A stretch of 47,511 bases of DNA, taken from positions 1 through 47,511 of the IMG/VR virus record IMGVR_UViG_3300016667_000679; one strand, 5' to 3'. Below the pieces are notes generated by a model. It searched no databases and was not told where the DNA came from. It was given only the letters and a program-made list of their open reading frames with translations. The DNA is from a virus. Taxonomy: Duplodnaviria > Caudoviricetes. The translations under genes were made by a program, and so were the position numbers. Shown in pieces: positions 1-7,588 of this stretch; the stretch's first letter is position 1, and every line of letters starts with the position of its first letter.

Positions 1-8
1 TATTTATA
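1..8 (-). promoter_or_regulatory. T4-type late promoter (TATAAATA)
   Basis: tatttata at 1-8 reads TATAAATA on the minus strand, the T4 gp55 late promoter consensus. Confidence 0.55.
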
Positions 9-188
9 ATTTATGGTACCTAGCAACCCAGCCCATAATTCTTCCATTGTAATTAAAACAATGATGATGTCTTGGAAATATGCTCTCCAAGACATAGAAT
101 TTATCCCATATGAAGAATGGAGGGAAGATGGGCATCATTGTATTCCAGAGAAACCTTCTGGTGGTAAAGAATTCTTCTAGATCTTCTT

Positions 189-1505
189 CTATGTTACTTC
201 TTCCCACGATATGCTTCCTGCTACGTTACAAGTCGCAGTATCAGAAGTAACAGCAATAGTCAATACAGTTGTTGTGTTTGCGAAAGAATTTCTTTCTAGC
301 TGATATTTAAACATTTGGCCAGTTAAAGGAACGGACCCACCACCACCTTGAACTGTTGCAGATAGATATCCAGAAATTAATTCATCTCCTCCACTAAAAG
401 TGGCTGATGCATTTGCATTATATTGAACAGTGGAATCAATTGAAGCGTTAGCCCAAACAGCACCAGTAACAGTTCCGCCAGAAACAATCTTATAACGATA
501 ATTAGCAGCATTAATTGGAAGTAATGCTACACTAGTTGGTACAACTAACGAATCTTGATAGTCTGGATTTAATCTTATTGATATTACAGGATAATATGTT
601 CCTGCATTAGTTAATCTTGTTCCTGGATTTGGATTTTGTCCATATGTTCGCGCCTTGCCTGTTAAAGCATAACCACCTTCAGAAATAACGGTAGCGCAAA
701 TTTGTTTATATGTGCTAGAAGAATTTGTTGTTCCAATATTTTCTATTTCTGATCTTATTGGTAAACATGCTGTTTGCATGTATGCGCCTTTAGGAGAAGC
801 AGATAGATTGGAATGATGGAAAGAATGACACCATATTAATTGACCATTAATAACAAATCCCATGCGAACAGAACCAACACCAAGCCATTCAATGTCAATG
901 AAAAGGATCTGGGGTGCTTCCAAGTCTAAAGTAAGAAGAGAAGGACCAGTTCCATCAAGTTTATCAACATTCCATGATTGTTGATCTACATATGTATTAA
1001 CAACAGCTCCAGTAACCTTTGATCTTTTTACAAATGCGATTCCGCTTGTTGTTTGATCTGATCTCTCTAAGAAGAAACCGTTATCATTATTAAAATAACC
1101 CACACGTTGTCTTAAATTTGTTTTGTGTGGAGACATTACAAATGTTTTTAAAATTTGTAATGATTTACCAGGTTGATATGCAAAAACTTTTTTAGATTCT
1201 CTATAAACATAATGACCTGAAGTTGTATCGACAGTCATGTCAATTGATGCTGTATTAGCATTAAATACAGCAGTGGCGCCAGCAGTATTTGATGTATTTT
1301 CTTTTCCATTATCAGCAAATCTATGGAAAGAATCATAAAGAGTTACTGGTTGTGACATTCTTGCACGACCAAAACCGTCAATAGACATTCCTGAAGGATT
1401 AGCTGGACCAACAAGGTTACCATATTGGTCAGCAAGCATCATTACTTCAAAGATAGTTTTACCATCACCAAGATATTCATGAGTATCTTTTCTAAATTGA
1501 GCCAT
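189..1505 (-). CDS. hypothetical protein, probable virion structural protein
   Basis: 438-aa ORF, Ser/Thr/Gly-rich with beta-type composition, translationally coupled to the upstream gene at 1505. Confidence 0.6.
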   Translation of the reverse strand: MAQFRKDTHEYLGDGKTIFEVMMLADQYGNLVGPANPSGMSIDGFGRARMSQPVTLYDSFHRFADNGKENTSNTAGATAVFNANTASIDMTVDTTSGHYVYRESKKVFAYQPGKSLQILKTFVMSPHKTNLRQRVGYFNNDNGFFLERSDQTTSGIAFVKRSKVTGAVVNTYVDQQSWNVDKLDGTGPSLLTLDLEAPQILFIDIEWLGVGSVRMGFVINGQLIWCHSFHHSNLSASPKGAYMQTACLPIRSEIENIGTTNSSSTYKQICATVISEGGYALTGKARTYGQNPNPGTRLTNAGTYYPVISIRLNPDYQDSLVVPTSVALLPINAANYRYKIVSGGTVTGAVWANASIDSTVQYNANASATFSGGDELISGYLSATVQGGGGSVPLTGQMFKYQLERNSFANTTTVLTIAVTSDTATCNVAGSISWEEVT

Positions 1506-2113
1506 TATTCAACGCCCATACCCTTTCTCACATCATTATACATTTCGTCTTTATGTTCGGGTGACATTTTTGATGGTGCCATAGCGTGGAAAGCTTTTTT
1601 ATCACCAGACTTAGCTGCTTCTCTCATTTTTGTAGCGGAAGCAGCCTCAACTCCGCCACCACCTTCTTTTCTTTCTCCACCAACAGCATGAACCTTAATT
1701 CTCATTTTATAGTAACCATGCTTACCTTCTACATCGTTATATTTGTGTAAAAGGTTACTAAACTCACCAACTCTGTCAGAACCAACATGGAGATGAAATT
1801 CGCGAACTCCTTGTTTATGCAATTTAGACAAATGATGAAGAAGAGTTGGAGCGTCTTTGGTTGTTGTTTCTACATTAGCTCCAGGAAAGGCTCTTTTAGC
1901 ATGCTTCAATTTTTGTTCTGGGGTCAATGGATTTTTCTTAGCGTCTTGAGATCCAGTAAAAACAATGCTATGACTTCCGCCATCTTTTTTAGCAGCTGCT
2001 ACAACTTCGTTTACACCAAGTTCATGTCCACGATGAATTGGGTTGCCTCTACCCCACCAAGTGTGATGAATTTTGCTGTGTTCTTCTTTTATGAACTGGG
2101 AAAACTTCAGCAT
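1505..2113 (-). CDS. cytidyltransferase-like (HxGH) nucleotidyltransferase
   Basis: GRGNPIHRGH, KKNPL and VGSDR motifs and C-terminal SATKMR typical of T4-like phage cytidyltransferases. Confidence 0.8.
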   Translation of the reverse strand: MLKFSQFIKEEHSKIHHTWWGRGNPIHRGHELGVNEVVAAAKKDGGSHSIVFTGSQDAKKNPLTPEQKLKHAKRAFPGANVETTTKDAPTLLHHLSKLHKQGVREFHLHVGSDRVGEFSNLLHKYNDVEGKHGYYKMRIKVHAVGGERKEGGGGVEAASATKMREAAKSGDKKAFHAMAPSKMSPEHKDEMYNDVRKGMGVE

Positions 2114-3276
2114 TATTTTGCTCCCTTTGATGCGCGAAGAGCTTCACTTCTTTTGAAGTTGGCTGCTGAGAACTTTTGTCTATTAACAACCTTTAGACCA
2201 CCACCAACGAAACCTTCCGGATCAGCCTTCTGTCCTTCGATCTCGTGTTCGTAACCACCATGCGCTCTTCTTGACAGAGAGTCAGCTAGTGTATTGGTTG
2301 CTTGTTGTAGATGATGGTGGATTTGAAATGTTCTTCCGAAAGCTTCTTTATTTTTATCAATATGAGCCATATCAGCTTGCTTAGCAGCAGTCTTAGCTTG
2401 CTTGGCTGCTGGTGTTTTTACGCCTTCAATCTTCTTGTCATGAGCAGCTGATAAGTGAGCCTTGTATCCTTCAACGGAAGGAGTTTGTCCAGTACGAATT
2501 GTATGATTGATATATGTACGAAGATGAATCTCATGACCAGATGTGTGAGCGTGTGTTTGCTGACCAAGAAGCTTCTCGGCTTTGTTGATGTGATCTTCAG
2601 CAGTTTTTCTATCTTCTGGGTGAATCTTAGATTCTTCTTTACCAACAACATGTGACATCATGTGTACGTCGGGGTGACTCTTGAACTCAGATGCGCTGGT
2701 GATTGGTTCTGGTTCTTTGTTTGGTCCATGAAGTTCTGTATGGATTGCTATACCAACCTTAGCACGTTTAATTTTCTTTCCTTCTTCTGAATTTTCAGGA
2801 ACAGAATATTTGATTGTGTTTGGGTGGAAAGAAATTTTTCCATTTTCAGTTGTTGGTGGTTTGCCTGGATGGTGCACCACACCACCTTGATATTCACCAG
2901 GACGATTAGGAAGAACCTTACCAACATGTTTTACAAGAGCCTTCAATGGTTCAGCAAGATATGGCTTGTGACCATGTTGCTTTTCAACATCTGATTCTGA
3001 ATAGTTGTAATGAGAACCTGACCCCTTGTATTTCACGCCAACTCTTCCATCTGGGTGACGGATGGCTTGGAAAGACATGCTATCGTCAATCTTTCTGGTG
3101 AGTGGTTCTCTTCCAGCTGCTACATTACGAAGTGTTTTGACAACATGCTTGGCAGCTTCAGAACTATCAAATGCACCAACGTCTGATGGATGCTCCATGT
3201 GAGCAATACCAGCACCTTCTTTTGCACCAGGAGCCTTGATTAATGCCTCTAGAATGAACTTCTTAAACGATAGCAT
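2113..3276 (-). CDS. conserved phage protein (DUF6267-like), His-rich, probable internal head protein
   Basis: HMEHPSD, TRKIDD, YQG, FHPNTIKY, EGFV and LKVVNR motifs; lies next to the cytidyltransferase; N-terminus MLSFKKFILE. Confidence 0.6.
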   Translation of the reverse strand: MLSFKKFILEALIKAPGAKEGAGIAHMEHPSDVGAFDSSEAAKHVVKTLRNVAAGREPLTRKIDDSMSFQAIRHPDGRVGVKYKGSGSHYNYSESDVEKQHGHKPYLAEPLKALVKHVGKVLPNRPGEYQGGVVHHPGKPPTTENGKISFHPNTIKYSVPENSEEGKKIKRAKVGIAIHTELHGPNKEPEPITSASEFKSHPDVHMMSHVVGKEESKIHPEDRKTAEDHINKAEKLLGQQTHAHTSGHEIHLRTYINHTIRTGQTPSVEGYKAHLSAAHDKKIEGVKTPAAKQAKTAAKQADMAHIDKNKEAFGRTFQIHHHLQQATNTLADSLSRRAHGGYEHEIEGQKADPEGFVGGGLKVVNRQKFSAANFKRSEALRASKGAK

Positions 3277-3286
3277 CTTTATCTCC

Positions 3287-4258
3287 TTATTCTGTATGAC
3301 CGAGTTTATTTTTGATATGGGAAATGCCTTCGTCTGTGGTCATATTGAAAGGAGACTTATCCATCTTCTTAACATTGAACTGCACAGTCAATGAATTTCT
3401 GTGCTTTTGACGAACTCTATATCTACCAGTTCCCTTTGTTTGTGGGAGACCGATACCAGTTCTGTCTTTAGCGTGACTCAAACCTGCTCTGAATGTTCCA
3501 TGAGAACCAACATGAAGAACGTCAACATGGTGATCTTTCAGATATGCATGCATCGGAGCATGATCGGTTTCATCTGAGTAAACGTTGGTTGAGCTTTTCT
3601 TTTCTCTGTCTGGTGCACCAAATGTATCATTAACATGTTTGAGCAAATTCTTTTTCTTGCCGTCAACAGATACTGTGGCTTTCTCAACTTCAGCAGCAAG
3701 GTGTGGGAATCTTTCTCTGGTCTTATCAGCAATGTGCCATCCTTTTTCAGGATGGTGAGTCAAACTCATTTGACCGAATGCCGCACTGAGATCCTTCTTT
3801 GTTTCACCTTGATAAGCATGTTCAGCCATCTTGCCTTTAATTTTCTTACCAGTCTTTTTGTTGATTAGATGGAAGTCGTTGCCGCCTGTTGCTCCTGCGC
3901 CCTGCCCACTCATCAAACCATGTTCGTTTAGTTTACGAACTGTTTCACTTTCAAAATCAAACCCTTTGTTTGCTTGCTTAACTGGTTTGTTAATTTTTGA
4001 AAATGGAACATTAACCTTCTTGCGGGAACCAACCTTACTGACAATAGCATGATGTTTCCCATCAATTACCGTCGATCCATGGACGGTAACTGGGGATTCG
4101 GCTTCGATGCCTTCATGTTCTTTTTTTAGAGTATGGGTGCCAGTTTGACCGACGAATGGCTTAATATATTTTTCGTCGTGTCTTTTTGCTTCTGATCCTG
4201 TAGAAACAAGAGTGGCTTCGCTTAAAATAAAATTTGAGAATTTTTTGAAAGATAACAT
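3287..4258 (-). CDS. hypothetical protein with possible PD-(D/E)XK nuclease motif, probable internal head protein
   Basis: GFDFE..GGNDF..GETK pattern; N-terminus MLSFKKFSNFILSE; AATAAATA late-promoter-like element at 4301-4308. Confidence 0.5.
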   Translation of the reverse strand: MLSFKKFSNFILSEATLVSTGSEAKRHDEKYIKPFVGQTGTHTLKKEHEGIEAESPVTVHGSTVIDGKHHAIVSKVGSRKKVNVPFSKINKPVKQANKGFDFESETVRKLNEHGLMSGQGAGATGGNDFHLINKKTGKKIKGKMAEHAYQGETKKDLSAAFGQMSLTHHPEKGWHIADKTRERFPHLAAEVEKATVSVDGKKKNLLKHVNDTFGAPDREKKSSTNVYSDETDHAPMHAYLKDHHVDVLHVGSHGTFRAGLSHAKDRTGIGLPQTKGTGRYRVRQKHRNSLTVQFNVKKMDKSPFNMTTDEGISHIKNKLGHTE

Positions 4259-4310
4259 CTATTAAATTCCATCATTGAATGTTGAGGACAATTTAATAGA
4301 TATTTATTCA

Positions 4311-4784
4311 TTACAGAATGTCGTATCCTTGATTGTCGAGGGAATAAACAACGTTCTTAATGTCAAACGTAGCGATCGCCTTGGTGCAACCCTCACAGGG
4401 CTTAGAGAGTCCCTGTACAAACTCCCGACGATCCGTTCCAATATACTTCATGCGACAGATATACAAAGTGGACTTAGCCAGCTGTTCCTGATCAATGAAC
4501 CGAAGCGCATTCTTGATGGCATCGGTTTCCGCATGAAGGAAGATGCTCTGATGGTTACGCTGAAACTTAACCTGAAACGGATGGGTCTTCTTCTGGTTGA
4601 TACCAAACGAGATCATATCGTTCTTATAAACGACAGCTGCTGCGATGCGAGCACTGGCTACAGGCTCAACAGTCACAGCAAGCTTGCTCAAAATGTCTAG
4701 TATCTTGAGATTCTTATCCCTCTTGCCCGCCATAGACGGTCGCAAGAGGGTAGTCGGTCGGGGCAATTCAATAATGTTACTCAT
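4311..4784 (-). CDS. cytidine/deoxycytidylate deaminase-family zinc protein
   Basis: HAE and KPCEGC zinc-binding motifs. Confidence 0.8.
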   Translation of the reverse strand: MSNIIELPRPTTLLRPSMAGKRDKNLKILDILSKLAVTVEPVASARIAAAVVYKNDMISFGINQKKTHPFQVKFQRNHQSIFLHAETDAIKNALRFIDQEQLAKSTLYICRMKYIGTDRREFVQGLSKPCEGCTKAIATFDIKNVVYSLDNQGYDIL

Positions 4785-4989
4785 GTTCGTTCTCATAATT
4801 ATCCATCAAGTCAATCAGGTCGCTCATCTTTTCATGAATACGAAGGAAAGCCCTTTTTTCGTGGGCAGACATGCGATCCACAAAATCCGGAAAACTTACA
4901 CCATCTTCCATCGCTTCCTCGACAATCGAGATAAGCTGGTCAATATCCTTTGAGGTGTTTTCAAACGCACAGTAAGACATGTTAGCCAT
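4777..4989 (-). CDS. hypothetical phage protein
   Basis: MANMSYCAFENT start; coupled to neighbours. Confidence 0.7.
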   Translation of the reverse strand: MANMSYCAFENTSKDIDQLISIVEEAMEDGVSFPDFVDRMSAHEKRAFLRIHEKMSDLIDLMDNYENEHE

Positions 4990-5147
4990 CAGATTGCTTC
5001 CTTCTTGTCAATTATTTTCACCAGATCTTCGATAGCATATGCTGCACGATAGAAGGCAGAGACACGTGCTTCCTTACATGATGACTTGTTAGCCTCTTCC
5101 ATCGCTTCAATTCGCAGCCACTGGGCAAGCTTGAGGTACTCTTCCAT
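4989..5147 (-). CDS. small hypothetical protein (52 aa, not in ORF track)
   Basis: MEEYLKLAQW...KKEAI*; AGGAG upstream; overlapping stop/start junctions at both ends. Confidence 0.6.
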   Translation of the reverse strand: MEEYLKLAQWLRIEAMEEANKSSCKEARVSAFYRAAYAIEDLVKIIDKKEAI

Positions 5148-5488
5148 CACACAGTCTCCTTCAACCACCTGATAACGTCTTCGGCATCAGTGTCCCATTC
5201 GGCTCGCTCGGTGTAGGACTCGATTAGATCTTCGAGAGTCTGAATCTCATCGAGATAATTCTCGCCGAACGAAGCCAGAGCACGCTGATCAGGACCGATA
5301 TCCCAGTCGAACTCCTCTTCGAAAGCCTGATACGAGTCGCAGACGGAGCAGGAACCGTATCCAATCTCGACGTAGCCGTTCTTGCCAGCATATTCGACCT
5401 CAGCGAGGATGGTTCCCTGATAGTCTCCAAAGTACTGATAGCGAAGCACTCGGGCTCCAGCAGCTTCAAGAGCAGTCATGTAAGACAT
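5147..5488 (-). CDS. hypothetical phage protein
   Basis: start moved to MSYMT; YGSCSVCD motif. Confidence 0.7.
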   Translation of the reverse strand: MSYMTALEAAGARVLRYQYFGDYQGTILAEVEYAGKNGYVEIGYGSCSVCDSYQAFEEEFDWDIGPDQRALASFGENYLDEIQTLEDLIESYTERAEWDTDAEDVIRWLKETV

Positions 5489-5498
5489 GTTATTTCTT

Positions 5499-5774
5499 TC
5501 AGGCAGTGACGCGATTGTTGATGGTCTTATAGATGTCCCGTTGACGATCATTCAGCCTATTACGAATACCAGCCAGAAACTGCTGAGTATTCTCTTCGCT
5601 CATCTTAGATACAGCTAGAGAAACAAGCGACTCGAGTCCGCCAGTAACCCGAGCGTACCCATTGACATAAGATCCGCCCTCTTCTTCTAGTTTGCTCTTG
5701 GCGAGAACTGCCTCGACATAGAGGGCAACAGCGTTCTCGATCTCGCGTTGAGTTTCGATCGTAGTCTTTTCCAT
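5499..5774 (-). CDS. hypothetical protein
   Basis: start MEKTT after AGGAAG. Confidence 0.6.
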   Translation of the reverse strand: MEKTTIETQREIENAVALYVEAVLAKSKLEEEGGSYVNGYARVTGGLESLVSLAVSKMSEENTQQFLAGIRNRLNDRQRDIYKTINNRVTA

Positions 5775-5791
5775 CTTATCTTCCTTTCCCA

Positions 5792-6283
5792 TTAGACGTT
5801 AAAAAGAGCACAGAGATCCTCGACCTCATTGGTCTCCGAGATGTCGGGCTCAAACTCCCGAGTCTTGTAATTAAAATTAGCAGCGAAACCAGTCGCACCC
5901 TCAGCCCTAAGCTGGTCGCGGAGGCGGATCCGCTCAATGGCTTCCTTGATGTCATCGGCAGTGCGCATGACAGTCTGACCATCGGGACCGATCACAGGGA
6001 ACTTCTTACGGTCATTGACCTTCTTAGGGGTCTTGACCGTCTTAGGCTTCGCGACCTTGGGAGTCTTCTCAGCCTTGACCTTGGGGATCTTGACATCGGC
6101 GACAGCCTCGGTCTGGTTGCAGAGACCGTTCTTGATAATGTAACGGTAGTAGGACTTGGCGTTGGCTTCGGTCACGTCGATCTTCGCGGCGATCAGACGA
6201 ACCACTTCGCCCATGGGCATGGTGGTGTTCTGGTTCATGATCTCAATCGCGAGCGAACGCTTGCTAGGGGTCTTGTCAGTCAT
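5792..6283 (-). CDS. early hypothetical protein with Lys/Pro-rich linker, possible DNA-binding
   Basis: HTH-like N-terminus, KTPK-type repeats, first gene after an IHF-linked promoter. Confidence 0.6.
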   Translation of the reverse strand: MTDKTPSKRSLAIEIMNQNTTMPMGEVVRLIAAKIDVTEANAKSYYRYIIKNGLCNQTEAVADVKIPKVKAEKTPKVAKPKTVKTPKKVNDRKKFPVIGPDGQTVMRTADDIKEAIERIRLRDQLRAEGATGFAANFNYKTREFEPDISETNEVEDLCALFNV

Positions 6284-6310
6284 CACGGTTTCCTTCATCA
6301 TCATGTTGAT

Positions 6311-6372
6311 ATCATACCCGATATTTCGGGCAATGTCAAGGGGATTATTTTACTAACAAAATCAACGAGTTA
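6311..6372 (-). promoter_or_regulatory. early sigma70 promoter with upstream IHF site
   Basis: TTGACA-17-TATGAT (6339-6311); AATCAAcgagTTA at 6360-6372. Confidence 0.85.
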
Positions 6373-6633
6373 GAAAACCAGCGAATCGGCTGCAGTCTCA
6401 ATTTCATCGACATTAAAGTCGACAAAATCAGCATACTCGGAGTCATAGTCAATCACCTGGACAACGTCGCCGTCCAGAATGATAACCAGATTTTCCTCGT
6501 AGGCAATTCGAGGATTTTCGGTTTCGCAGCCACAGAAGGCATTCCAATCTGCCTCATTGAACGGCTGCAGCGGATTACGCGAAAGAATTTCGACGACCAG
6601 ATCAGGAGTCACGTCAGAGATAAGGTAAGACAT
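6370..6633 (-). CDS. acidic hypothetical protein
   Basis: ORF with GGAAGG RBS; its TAA stop forms part of the IHF site. Confidence 0.65.
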   Translation of the reverse strand: MSYLISDVTPDLVVEILSRNPLQPFNEADWNAFCGCETENPRIAYEENLVIILDGDVVQVIDYDSEYADFVDFNVDEIETAADSLVF

Positions 6634-6650
6634 CAGATTTCCTTCCATTT

Positions 6651-7001
6651 TTAGTGATTCTTCTTGGGGCGGATATCGGTATTCAGCTTCGGCTTATGCT
6701 CGGCGATCAGGTCTCGCTCCAGGGAATGGGCGGGAGCCTTGCCCCGAGCCTTGCCGAGGATACGGTACTCAACGTCCTCGACGGCATCCAGGGTCCGCAG
6801 AGCCTCGCTCAGCTTCCAGGTCTCGTTCAGGACGTGAGCCTTATACCAGTGACCGACGATCCGGAGGCGCATGGTCTTGGCGACCGAGCCATCCTTAAGG
6901 ACCGTGATCCCGATATAGGTCTTGCGACCGACCGTCAACTCGTACACGAGGTGGGTCCGATCAGACCGCTTTTTGCGTCGGGGAGAACGTTTTTCAACCA
7001 T
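6651..7001 (-). CDS. GIY-YIG-like domain protein, probably leaderless
   Basis: LVYEL..TYIGIT..R..H..E..N pattern; ATG at 7001 coincides with the predicted +1. Confidence 0.7.
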   Translation of the reverse strand: MVEKRSPRRKKRSDRTHLVYELTVGRKTYIGITVLKDGSVAKTMRLRIVGHWYKAHVLNETWKLSEALRTLDAVEDVEYRILGKARGKAPAHSLERDLIAEHKPKLNTDIRPKKNH

Positions 7002-7007
7002 AAGACT

Positions 7008-7068
7008 ATTATGACCCAAAACCGACCAATTGTCAAGAGCCAAATTTGTTAATAAAATCAATGACTTA
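7008..7068 (-). promoter_or_regulatory. early sigma70 promoter with upstream IHF site
   Basis: TTGACA-17-CATAAT (7036-7008); AATCAAtgacTTA at 7056-7068. Confidence 0.85.
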
Positions 7069-7215
7069 GCGATCCCTGGGTGCTGCAGGGACCAAAAATA
7101 GGGGTTTTTTGGCGATTTTTGGGTCAAAATTGGGTAAAAAATCGTTCTCAGGAGGAAAAATCGTCCTCACAGGAAAACAGGACGCCTGAACGGTCCCTAT
7201 GGACCCAATTTGGGC

Positions 7216-7249
7216 AAAAATGTGGGGTGGACCCCGAAAGATCCACCCC
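7216..7249 (-). terminator. intrinsic terminator
   Basis: GGGGTGGA/TCCACCCC hairpin followed by ACATTTTT on the minus strand. Confidence 0.75.
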
Positions 7250-7378
7250 TTTGTGATATGTGGGCGAGAGGAACCCCACCTTGCTGAGAACCAGCTGCCT
7301 CGCCACTTCCGTGCTTTACGCTTGCCTCTTTTGTCTAATGACAAAAACACATATCCGTGGTATGCCCACGATAGGCTT
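7250..7378 (-). ncRNA. candidate structured non-coding RNA (late-promoter driven)
   Basis: nested stems GAUAUGUG/CACAUAUC, UUUUGUC/GACAAAA, GGCGAG/CUCGCC, GCUG/CAGC, CGUGG/CCACG between TATAAATA and a terminator. Confidence 0.55.
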
Positions 7379-7383
7379 GTAAC

Positions 7384-7391
7384 TATTTATA
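7384..7391 (-). promoter_or_regulatory. T4-type late promoter
   Basis: exact TATAAATA on the minus strand. Confidence 0.65.
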
Positions 7392-7572
7392 CATCAAGAT
7401 CGGGAATTTTGAAGTTTTTTAGAAAAAAATTTGGCGTAAACCCATCAAATCCTCCGCCAAGATTAAGATGCCGAGCAAGCTTCTTAGCCTCGTCAACAGT
7501 TTTTGCTGTTTTGATTGTTTGAGAGGTGGTAGTTTCGATTACAGAGGTGTCGATAACTTTATATGGTAGCAT
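7387..7572 (-). CDS. small hypothetical protein downstream of helicase
   Basis: MLPYKV... after AGGAG; LNLGGGFDGFTPNFF motif. Confidence 0.7.
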   Translation of the reverse strand: MLPYKVIDTSVIETTTSQTIKTAKTVDEAKKLARHLNLGGGFDGFTPNFFLKNFKIPDLDV

Positions 7573-7588
7573 AACATTTCTCCTAGGA

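Noticed and set aside
4-207. 67-aa ORF at the window edge
   Set aside because: Start overlaps the upstream gene and no motif is recognisable; cannot be supported
7066-7350. 94-aa minus-strand ORF
   Set aside because: No clear RBS, runs through a strong terminator and low-complexity tracts; better explained as structured RNA plus spacer
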